NCBI GenBank assembly: GCA_030141605.1
Contig: JAQGDQ010000062.1
Span: 62,001 to 126,000 of the forward strand
Reading direction: 5' to 3'
Origin: Tubiluchus corallicola
Taxonomy: Eukaryota > Animalia > Priapulida
DNA length: 64,000 nt
Both the position numbers and the translations under genes were made by a program. Positions within the stretch are counted from its first letter, which is position 1, and every line of letters starts with the position of its first letter. Below the pieces are notes generated by a model. That model did not search any database. It was not told the DNA's origin and worked only from the letters and a program-made list of their open reading frames with translations. Of the stretch, positions 52,723 through 64,000 are shown piece after piece.

Positions 52723-55700
52723 TCAGTCCAAGTCTTCATATGAACACGAAGAATCGACTGTTTTGATTTCTGAGACACCGTCATTGGAGGTAAATTCTGA
52801 TACTTGCTCATAAGAGATTGCGGAAACATTTGGAATGGCAGCATCAATCACAGAGTCAATAGCAGCAGCAGTAACACCAAGTTTCTTCAAAAGCTTATTC
52901 AGATGATGTTGAGAGCTTGCTGATTGCAGTGCTATCCTTACTACATTAAGTTTTCTTGATAATCTGAAATGCAAATTGAAGGTGAATAATGACTCAAGTT
53001 AACTCATACTTGGCTATTCATCGCTGCTTTTAACAGGAAGACATCACTATTACATGCAAACTTATACGTGCAACACCGAGTTTAAATGTCATACGCCTTT
53101 TGAACATTAGAGACAGTAAACACAAAACGTTTCAAGATATCTCTGTATTCTAGTGTTCCTCATTTGCGTTTCTGTGTTGTTTTACAAATATCTCACTGAA
53201 CATTAGTTGTGGATTAAAGTGTGACATGCTTTGAAGATACAAAAATGTAAATTGTGTGCTGCTAAAATTTGGGAAATTCTGAAAAAAAAACAGTAAAAAT
53301 GTGCTATTATGAAGCAATTTGCCACGTGCAAATTTTAAATTGATTGCTTTTGACCAGGGGCGTGCAAATTGCGGCCCGCCGAGAGAATTTGTGCGGCCCG
53401 CGAAAAGATTTGTCAACCTAATGAAAGTACAGCCTGTGCAATTAATTGAATGTATCCAGCCACGACAGTCTGTGCCACGATCCCAAAGATAGTGCAGGTA
53501 GTTTTTTCTACTACATCCGATGCCATTTACCCTTACAAGACGGTTGTAGCTTAATGTCACTGTACTACACAGACTGTGTGATACACATTACTAATATGCA
53601 TTGTAATGAAATTACCGCTATCTGTCCTGAAAGTAGACATATATGGTTCGTAATATAAATTTTAATAACTTCTAAAATAGTTTCTTGAGTGTAGTAGTAA
53701 TGACGTACGCAGGTCGGATGCAAAACAAATCATTATTAGGCCTTTCTGTACTTGGCTCCCTGATCAAAGTGCCTGTGGCCCGCAGGAATTGCGGGAAAGT
53801 TTAATGTGGCCCGGCTAGTCAGATAATTTGCACACCCCTGATTTTGACCAAATATGCTAATATTTTGTTAGCAAATCAAGACTTGGTGCACAACAATTAT
53901 AATTAGGGTGTTGCTTTTTATCTGTCCGTTTGGTTATATGGACATGGCTTCATTTCTTCATCTACCTGCCTAAAATAGGAAAATTCATTTTCTATTTCAC
54001 TTGAGCTACTGGATACTAAGCCCACTGCCTTTTCATGTAATTGTAACATAGTTTTCCAAACCTGAACTGAATTTTGTTTGAAAATAACATTTTGTCCACT
54101 TAAGCTTATAAATTTGAAATTACTGACTTTTTGGTGGATTTTGAAACGACATTTAGCCTGAGACATACTCACATTTTAACCAGTGTGATGCACATTATAA
54201 TCCACTGTGTTGGCTTCATCATCAAGTTGTGACTGGAAAGGCTGGTAAAACAAATACATAAAAAATACAAAGTACAGGACTACCAATTGTAGTTAAAGTC
54301 GTACATGTCAAATAAAACACATATATAGATTTAACAATAAACTTATGTTTAAATCAACATCTATCAATGTTGTAAAATTCATACAAATTTCCTCTTAAAA
54401 TACTGACATGATTCAAGATAATAACAAACAAACTACAAAGTACTTGACAATAAATAAATAAGAAAATAATTTTACTTACTTAAATGTGGCTACTAGTGTA
54501 CGTAATTCGTTCAGTATCTCAGATGCTGCTAATCCAGTATACTCTAATACGTTTGGTAAGCTGCAAAAATTAATATCATACAGGTGTGAACGCCAGAAAT
54601 TCGTATCAAATCATCCTTGTGTGGTGTTTGACATTCCTGTAGATATGCATACCCATTACACACATGAGTTACAGGGCTGAAAATTGATGCTGGCAAAAGT
54701 CAAAAAAAAAGCTTGAATTCGAATCAAACTTATTTTTCCAGTTCAAATCAAATTGCATATTTTGATTTTATTATCAGAATGAAATTTGTCAAATTTATTT
54801 ACTTTGAATAAATTTATAATGATATTCTAACATATTCTAATTAACTCTATTTTATATTTGCAAGCACCCTAGCAGTTTCAACAGTACTGTAATCAAAATC
54901 AGTAAGAACACCAAACCAAAATACTCTACGAAGAGATGTACCTTCTGGTTCGTCATAATTGTTCAAAACTTAGTTATGACATGCTGAAGTATTTATAAAC
55001 ACATTATATCAACTAAACTTCAATGGGTTGAAAGGAACACAGCTTTTATTAGTGTGGGATACTTGCAGAAAGTGTACGCAGTGTTTTTGCAGAAAAAACC
55101 GTTAGCCATCTCGTACGTGCCAGACAGTAAGGCACTTTTTTCAACACACTAGATCAAAAGTACCACACTCCATATAATTTTACATTCACTCCTGTCAATT
55201 TTGAAATTAGCATTAATCAGATTATTGATTTATGTAGGGTAAAACACATCCATGATTCCAAAGTGTTACTGTCAGAATACAAAACAAAATTACATTACTC
55301 ACACTTTGGACAGCTTATCGGTTACAATGTTTCTACGGGTGTTTAGGATATTTAGATGGTCTCCGGCAGGTAATGTTCTTTTGATAACCTGAAACACAAA
55401 AACAATAATTTGAAAACAATGATTTGCCAATGTACTTCATCCGTGAACACACTTCTAATGGTTTATGTTGGCAGTGTTGCTTAACTACTGGTGTAAAATC
55501 AGCATTTATAATTTTGATGATTAAACTTTTTGTAATTTCTAATATATTAGTAAATAGTATAATCAAACAGCAGTGTACTAGTACCGTCAAACCTCTTGAT
55601 ACTGCCCACTTTGGGACAGGAAAAAAGTTGGCGTTATAGCAAATTCGGCATTATAACGAGGTGTGTTAAATTCACAGAGGAATCACAAAACAGTCAGACA

Positions 55701-58700
55701 AGTGTACACAGTTTAGAGTTCTCATTTTTCACACTAAACTGCTGTCTAAACCTTACAGTGTGTTGCATCTGTGTTTTGCCAGTTTGTAGTGAATAGCATA
55801 CTTGTTAGACAAAATCAGTAAACTTGTTAGACAAGTTTAGTAAAATCTTATCTTCTTATAGATTGAGCAGGAACTGATTCAACAACAGCACAATGGCTCT
55901 GAGCAAATCACATGAAATTTCCCAGTATTAATTATTCCACTACTAAACATTATGTACATGCACTCAACATCATTTATCTTGGCTGCAACTGTGTGTTATT
56001 AAGACCGATGCACAGTCTGCAAGCCGTTAGTTTAGTTTTTGTGAGCACGTATATGTAAGCATGAAACGCATGCTGTATGAGCTTAATTAGGCTCGCAATG
56101 TCTCAATCGAGAAAGCACTCATATCATGGTACATCGCATATCGCAATGTATCACCCAACCATAGCTAAGGTACAGGTTGAAAGTTAGCATTAAACATGTT
56201 AACACGAGATACAAAAATGTATTACCTGTATGTATCGAAGCTGTGAAAGTTGTTCATCACTTCCTTCTACAGCACCCTCTATGGGTGTTTCTTCTACAGT
56301 TTCAGCAAATTCATTTTTAATATAAGAAATAGATGCATCAGTCAACCACTCTTGCAGTATCTGCTGGATAGCTGCTATAGAAGCTTGAGTACAAACAGTC
56401 GGTTGATTCGGAATAGGATCTTTCACATCGATCATTTGTACCCGGCGTGGACTTTGCTTCTCGTGCAATGGTTCATGTTTGTGTGCCTTTTCAGCACTTG
56501 TAGCATATTTTGCACCTACTGCAGTAGTCTCAGTAGTTTTATCTTGCACATCTTTGGCATCGATGTCAAGATTACAAAGGCCAGCAGCAGTGATGTCATC
56601 ACAGATTTCACTTGCAAGATCCGTTCCTTCAGTCACCTGAAGAGTTTGTAGTCGAGTCGATATATAGTCATGGGTTTTTTTGGCTTCATTACTAAGTCTC
56701 AAATTGTTCAGTTGTTCTTCGATGTTAAAACTAGGCTGTATAACTGGGATGCCAATCATAGGAGATTTCCTGCTGAAAAAATGACTGATGCACTTGGAAG
56801 TTTGTAAGAATTTCACATAAGGAATTGGACCTTTATGGAATACAAAATGATTCTGTTTTAGAATCAAATTTTCAAAGTCCAGTAACTTAAGGGCAGATAA
56901 AAACTGCTAACAAAGTAAGAACATATATAACCTTATCACTACAAGCCATCTGGCACTCAGTGTAATAATGTAATTATCAATAACTACTCTGAATTTAATA
57001 AGACTTTAAATTAACTGTTAAGTTTGGCAGGCTGTGTGTGAGCAGGAGGACATTTTTCTAAGAGAGTTTGATAAGCTAACAATGTTGATGTTGCAAGTTT
57101 CTCATCATGCAGTAGTTAATCTTACTGAATTTTGCATAAAAAACCTAATACATGTCTCTGCCAGCTAATTTTTCTTTCTTTGCCATGCTAGTACAGTAAA
57201 GGGGCACTTAGGATGTGAATTAAGTTAATGGACTTATTGATTTTTTGTTCAAATAAACTTGTGGATATGGATAAGGCATTTTATTGTTGCTTTACTCCAA
57301 AAAAAGAATATTTATTGCTAAACTTGGTCATGTTTGGCTATCTTACTTGTAATGAGCTTTAACTTCCCGAGTAACACCGACCATTCTGTTAAATTAAGCT
57401 TCATTTTCCCCCAATTTTGCAAATGTTGACACTAAATGGTAATAGGTAAAATGCAAGAATACACTTTGGCACTCCATACAGACTCAAAAACAGAATAAAA
57501 ATGAAACTAACACCAACAGTTCAACGTAGATATGTATAGGGCCTAATGAAGGGGAGTATATTGTTTCTATAATTGCTACTGTTTTACAAAAGAAAAAATA
57601 GCACATCAGAATTGACAATCTGCTATGTATGGTTGGAGCTGTACAATGTATATGTACATATTCAATGTAAGTTAAAAAAACTACATTAGTTATCAAGTTA
57701 CCTAACTTTGGAGTGAGGCAATAACTCTATTTGCACTGGCTCAGCATTCTCAAGAGGAGTAACATCATCCAGCTGTTCAGCAAAGTAATTTGATGCCTCA
57801 AAACACTCATTGCAGCAAAATTTCTGAAATGTGCAACTTGGTTAACCAAGAATAAAAAATGTCGGAAGTAGTTTTAAACATCAGCATATCTCATCGCTTG
57901 GATCTCACAAACTCTGGCATATACAAATTTTGTAAAGCTTAAACAGAACATGAATGTGGAGGAGACAACTGTAAGAGGAGACACGAAAGTTATGATTTCC
58001 AGACAAATGAAAATGTACAACAAATAATCTCATATTGTTTATTATTACTACTTTAGGTGTGCACATTCACAGATTACTTTGACTCAAAGTATATTAGTTA
58101 ATTTAAACATTATCTCACCTTTCTTAGCGTAATATCAAAAACTTTGGAGGATCTTAGTGAAATACGGTATTGCTGCTTTGGAATCTAAAATAAAGACAGA
58201 GATGCTCATTTAATTAGTTTAATGCAAGAAATAAGATTTAAGAAAAATGCTTTTTAGCTACCACGGATGGACTAAATTGCTGTGCCAGTTGGCAATTTTA
58301 AATAAACATTCAGTGGTGAAGTTTAGGATGATAATGGTAGCGCTGGAAAAGGGGTGAGTGTAAGGAGAATATTCAGAACTGGAAACTACCAATACAAAAT
58401 TAAATTTAAAACTATAAATTAATTATTATAACAGTCAAGATTTGCATTATTCTTTTCCTTGTATAATTGTAAGATACAGATAAAACACATTACAATCATA
58501 ACAAACAAGTATAACGAAAAAAATCATTTATAGCGTTTGCAGTGAGTATGGCAAAACGTTGACAGGAGAAAACTTTACATTATTTAGCCGATTATTGCAC
58601 AATGGATAAGCACAATGCAAGGCAAGTGCACGCTCTTCTACCACATCATCGTAGTGCCTCTTCTGTATGAATGATGCCTGCAAAATTTAGGCTGCTATTA

Positions 58701-60654
58701 AAATTAAAATTATGCAAATTACTAGCCCTGGAAAAAGAGAAAAAAAACAAAGTATTTAGTGCCTTAGTTAAAACAGAGAATTAGCCTCGATTAGCTAAAT
58801 TCTGGTACTGATTCAACTAATTATATCTCGCAAGCTTTGCAAGACGCTAAAACAAATTTAAGAAAAATCCATAAATTTTGCACTACGATAATCCAAAAGT
58901 ATTTTAAAAATATATAGACATTGTTTCTATGTGTAAACGACCATATTTTGATTTAAGAAAAAAAACTGATAAATAATCAGTTTCAGCATGTGCTTTCGAC
59001 AGAAGTAAATCTTTTGATAAGTTAAAACTAGCATATATTGAAAGCAAAGTATCTATATATACATACAGCATCTTTCAAGAAGTCTTCGGTAATAGGATTA
59101 TCCAACAATTGCTCCACAACTTCTAACGCTCTCCTTTCATTGTTGTTTGGATTACTGTGAGCCAGTAACATCGCTCCTCAAGTAAATAACCACTTCATTT
59201 AATGGGTTACAACAGTCAGACTGTAATGATTGTTGAGAACCAGAACTTGATAGGCTTAATGATGGACTTGGCTTACGAATTTCTGTATCACACAATGACA
59301 ACTGCACAAGATGTACATAATGAAAAATCTGGAACAGTACAATATGATCAGATAATCTCCGATTGTAAATAACCAATTTAATCAAAGTAGCAGGCATTGA
59401 CATAATGATGTAGACTTTGTAGTTTTAGACAGTGAACTGCGAAGTCTGTAATAAGTCTTAATCAATAAATTAATGGTTGGAAAATTTCTGTACATATATG
59501 AAATTAAATTATGTCTGGTAAGTCGATTAAATTTTGGATTAAATAAAAAAAAAATCAAAATATGTTTGACTAAATGCATATGTTTGTAACTATACCTTGG
59601 TTACAAAAATGAATGAGAAAACTAACTACATGCAGCTAAAATTGACAGCCAATACACGTTTGTACAAAGTGGATGTTTAAAATAAATGTAGTGCATATAG
59701 CTCACATTAATTTGTGAACATTTTTGTGCATATGTGCATGGCATATATTAATTTGTGTGAAATGGTTAGATACTGTACTTTACCAAATACACATGTTTGC
59801 AATAGGCTGCCGCATAATAAAACCAATTAAAAACACTTGTTGCTGGTCCCATGGTAGTTTATTAATGGCAACTACTATATTAGAAATAAACCTTAATATG
59901 CTACCACTAAAAAGTACTTATAACAGTAAGTTTAAAAAAGACCTTGCATGTCTGCTGCGTGGCAAAGGAAAAGACACGACAGAGCATCTACTCAACTGCA
60001 CGGTGATAAGAATGTTATCAAACCAAGAAGTAAATTTTCAAAGCTTGATTGAGTCAGAAGATCCACAGATAGCAAATGAGTTGTTGAAAAGTGTTCAAAT
60101 AGCAACAGAAGAAAGAGAGGAGGAGGGGTGTTCAGCTGGAAATTGAGTCAAAATAATAGATTATAAGTGTTAAAGGTGATTACATTACTTGTGTATTGTA
60201 CAGCGATATCACACAAAACAACGAAACAGCACACTTCTGAGATTTTCATCAATTGCGAGCAGAAATAATGGTTGAGAATTGAACCGAGTAACATGGATAT
60301 TTCAACATTTATTTAAAACAAAAATTAAAAAAATTCAACTAATTATCGGTTGTAAATTAGTCATCAATAAATAAACAACAAACAGATACAGTCGATAAAA
60401 CAAATGACAGGCACTAAAGTAGCCAGAAAAAGAAATTTTATAAATGTCAAAAGCACTAAAAGTTAGAGTTCCAGTGAAGGAATCAAGGATCGAGGTAGTT
60501 TCAGAGGGAGGGGGCTGGCTGTTGCAAGAAAGCGCCACAGAACCCCACAAAGACTTGAAAAGTTAGGTTTCTAAAATATCAATTTTATTAGAATTTTCAC
60601 CACTTACGGACATGTATTTTCATTGGTAATACAGCTGCTATCTTCAAACATCAT
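52723..60654 (-). CDS. RPAP2: RNA polymerase II-associated protein 2 (Rtr1-type CTD phosphatase), about 470-480 aa
   Basis: Exons: 60654-60608 (tentative), 59154-59067, 58677-58579, 58184-58119, 57823-57702, 56769-56226, 55388-55303, 54560-54480, 54241-54173, 52963-52723, all phase-compatible. Motifs ERRALEVVEQLL, HYDDVVEER..LHCAYPLC, IPKQQYRIS..KVFDITLRKKFCCNECFEAS (Rtr1 zinc finger) and C-terminal RRNIVTDKLSKVLP, LVATFNLSSHNLMMKPTQW. An alternative start is the in-frame ATG at 59171. Confidence 0.9.
53355..53840. mobile_element. Non-autonomous hAT (Charlie-like) element in the last RPAP2 intron, 486 bp
   Basis: TIRs CAGGGGCGTGCAAATT / AATTTGCACACCCCTG, subterminal GCGGCCCG repeats, and 8-bp TSD cttttgac / attttgac. 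Confidence 0.88.
59860..60150 (+). mobile_element. 3' fragment of a LINE with a degenerate CCHC knuckle, related to the element at 62072-64000
   Basis: TILEINLNMLPLKSTY...LACLLRGKGKDTTEHLLNC parallels TILDLRLNTVKVKANF...LICPMCDSN*DTTDHLFTC. Confidence 0.7.
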
Positions 60655-62071
60655 TTCAGGTATTGTTGCCAGAGTGGTTTAAAGCTGTGATGCTTAACAA
60701 GATAAATTTATCTGATGTAGGTAAGGTTCTTCAAAATTTCTAAGAACTATAAGAACTATTGTTTGGTTTGCTGTTTCTATCATTTTGCTAGGACACAACT
60801 TGAGAACAATCATTCTGCAAAATATCTCACCTATCTAGGCACTTCTTATATTTGATGTTGCTTGACTATCAAAAAGTCTTTTTGAGCATCTCAGATTACT
60901 GGTGCTGGAACCTTAAACCCTGATTAAACCAAGGAAGAAAGGTGTGATAAACCAGTAGCCAAAGGTTATCTAGTCAACCAACCTTGTACAGCTAATAATA
61001 CTATACTATAGTAATATAGTATTAAAATTAAGTTTAATATTAGTATGACACGATTATTATGAAATCTGTAATAGTTAGTAACTAACAATACTTCCGTCGG
61101 ACGCGAAGTAACGCACTAACCTACGCAGCACACTTACATTCTCCAAAATAAGCGTGGTGTGGTTTTAGAAATTATAGTTAATCAAAACAATTAAGAGAGC
61201 TTTACTTGTAAAATGTTGTGGCGCTTGAATAAGTTGTCTCTTATTATTACATTTAATGTTGTTTTACCTAAATGTGCACTGTACAAATCAACTGTCTAAA
61301 AACGTGAATTTTTTGTCTTGCTTGACTCATTCTAATGACAATAATGTCATTCTACAATCTACAGCGGTTATTTTCACTTTCTTGCCGCCATGCCGCAGTG
61401 CCGCCACCTAAGGCTAATAGAATTACGAACTTTTTTCCATTAAAGGTTTCGTGTATTGTCCCCATCCGCGCAAAGAGAAAGCTTTACCGCGTCGGCGGTG
61501 AGTATTCTGGTTTTCGTTTAATTTTCTGTTTGTGGCTTTTATCCAAAAAACGATTAAACTGTAACTGAGATAAGGGAATCTGCGAGACGTCAATGGTGAA
61601 TGCTTCCGTTTATATCATTTTTGTAGCTAGTTTCAGTCTACAATCGACTGCAAACCTCAACCTGTATAATTATTCTCTTGTTCATTATTATATTAGTAAT
61701 ATAATAGTATTATTACTAATAATACTATACTACTACGGTACAATGCTAGTATCACCATCAAGCCGCGTGTACCAGACGTCCGGAATTGCGTGTACGTTAT
61801 AGTGTATCCAGGTGCAGGTAAATATGGAAATTTGCGCTTGCTCCGTGTACCGCCTTGCATGTACTACCTCACTGTATTATCATGTACGCAGTAGCACCAA
61901 TTGCCGCCTCATTGTTAACCACCTTGTGATGTACCGTTTCGTAGTACATGGAACCAGGGTACATTGACATGCAGTACACAGCGAGTGTACAAGGTGGTTT
62001 CTCTCACCCCTTTCCACTTGTATGGGCAAACGATGAAATCGATTGCAGGGGTTCTTCAACACTGTTGCACC

Positions 62072-64000
62072 TTTATTATTCTTCAAAATTTACCTCACCA
62101 ACTTATTTCAAAACGATTTTCTTATAAAACAAACAATCATTGACACATTTGGATGATTTCAACAAATTTTCATTACAACAGCTTTTAACATCCTCTGTTG
62201 AGACTTCACCTAGATTTTCTCTAATCCTTTTATATTTGCTACAAGTAAATAAATGGTCCGTTGTGTCTAATTACTATCGCACATGGGACATATTAAATTT
62301 CTTATAAATGAACCATTAAAATTTGCTTTTACTTTGACCGTATTAAGTCTTAAATCCAAAATAGTTTTAACTTCTGCATGACTGAATTTTGTAAAATAAT
62401 CCTTCTGTTCCCATTTGTTGCTTTCCAGAAATCTTAATTTTGAGCTCTTATTTATATTTTCACTGCATTTTTCTTGTATCACAGATGTTATTTTAAATTT
62501 TATGTATTTTTTCCAATGTGATTTCTTTTGATTTTTCACATATTCCTTGTCAATGTTAATTCCATAAATGTTTGCCATTTTTTCAATTTCACTATACCAA
62601 TTATCATCATGCCTGTATTTCATTTACTGTGCTACAACCTTGTTGGCTAACTTCTCACTTCCTGATATTAAAAGAGTTCTATAAAACATAAATTTTTTGT
62701 ACCAAATACGTTCTTCATTTGGCCAAATTTCCACTTCTGATATTAACCCCCAGTAACTTGTAGTTTTATCCATTCCCAACATAATTCCTATTGACTTACC
62801 TTGAATACTTTCCAATTCTTCATACTCATTTATTTTCATGTTTGACCAAGTTTCAGAATTATGAATTAAAGATGGTATTGCAAGTGATTCATAAAGTTTT
62901 AGATTTATTTCTACTGACATTATTCCTACATTATTAATATTTGCCAAGGAGTTAATATTGTTAATTTTTAATTTGTTCTGCTCTTTTCGCTTTTCAATTA
63001 ACGTCTTATAAGTGTTTTCCTCATTTAGCTAATCACCAAGGTATTTATAGCTTTGTGTTTCTCCTTTGCTAATTTTTACTTTAAGTGGGGGAATTCTTTT
63101 CTTTCCAGTCATCTTTGTTTGCTTTGACTGCTTTTTTTTAACACTGAACTTTATTCCTTTTAATTCTGTTTTCCTACAATTTTTAATCATTAGTCCATAA
63201 ACCACAGCAACACTGTTTTGAATTTATAAGTGACAAATTTTCTTTTTTAAGCACCTTCAAAAGTTCCTTTCCAGGCCACGTTACATCAGCACTGTTTCCT
63301 TGAATAACACTTCCCACTTTGGCATTGAAATCACCAACCAACAACACCTTTTGGTAATTCGCCTTAGCAAAGTGTACCTGTTTTTCAATATCAGCACAAA
63401 TTTTCCTAATAACTTTACATTCTGTTCAACATTCTTTCGGAGCATACACCACCCCCATTCTTATATTTATTCTCTTATTACTTATTAGAACCCAAAGGAT
63501 TTCTCCTGAATTTTGCTCCTCTTACACAATTACGCTCAATTTGTCCATGTCTTATTTAACTGCAAAAAGTACACCTCCTCCAGCTTTGTTACGATTCAGC
63601 TGATGTATTTTGTAACCTTCAAACTCAATTACATCTTCATCACCTAATGCCACAACTGTAGGATTAACATCTTGAATTGTGCTGTTAACAGATTCTAATT
63701 TTGAGTTCAATCCCCTACAGTTACTATACAGCACTTTAAAGTTTTTGAACTTATTTAAATTTTTCCTAGATCTTTTAACTTTTCTATTTGTGTTGAGTTT
63801 TTTGTATTTATTTCTTTTCTTTCACGGCACTTATTTCTTTTGTCTTTATCACTCGTTTCCTGATCACTTGAACTATCACTATTTCTGAAGTACACTCTCT
63901 TTTCGTCTTCAGTAAAATAGTCTGTATTTGCATTTCTGTCCATAACAACATTCATCTCCATATTTAAAATTCCAGCACAAATTTGCCTTACCGTTGATTT
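62072..64000 (-). mobile_element. Decayed, internally deleted APE-RT non-LTR retrotransposon (clade uncertain, RTEX/Proto2-like); continues beyond the window
   Basis: APE N-terminus LKVLYSNCRGLNSK...EGY...RNKAGGGVLFAVK (63552-63740), YKYLGD RT-end motif (~63040), YESLAIPSLIHNSETW, and a C-terminal CPMC..H...C knuckle. Multiple stops and frameshifts; the RT core is missing. Confidence 0.85.

Overview
AT-rich, intron-containing eukaryotic DNA, most likely from an invertebrate animal (inferred from spliceosomal GT-AG introns, metazoan-type genes, long microsatellites and LINE/MITE/Helitron debris). Five protein-coding genes could be assembled by hand with consistent splice phases: a 4-exon iodotyrosine deiodinase (IYD, +, 5072-10814), an intronless and strongly divergent class A GPCR (+, 28012-29283), mitochondrial PP2C phosphatase PPM1K (-, 42986-46655), Pol I SL1 subunit TAF1A (+, 48887-52051) and RPAP2/Rtr1 (-, 52723 to about 60654, 5' end uncertain). 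The last three form a compact head-to-head then tail-to-tail cluster. Gene identities rest on recalled family motifs, not on database searches. Non-coding highlights: a Penelope-type minimal hammerhead ribozyme antisense in IYD intron 2, a tRNA-Gln-like sequence with a TGT anticodon, a non-autonomous Helitron, hAT, pogo/Tc1 and Kolobok-like MITEs, two large fold-back structures, and a CAG|GTAAGT site in PPM1K that reads as both acceptor and donor. I found no prokaryotic-type system (no CRISPR array, no operon) and cannot claim a proven new system. The best candidates are listed as testable hypotheses.
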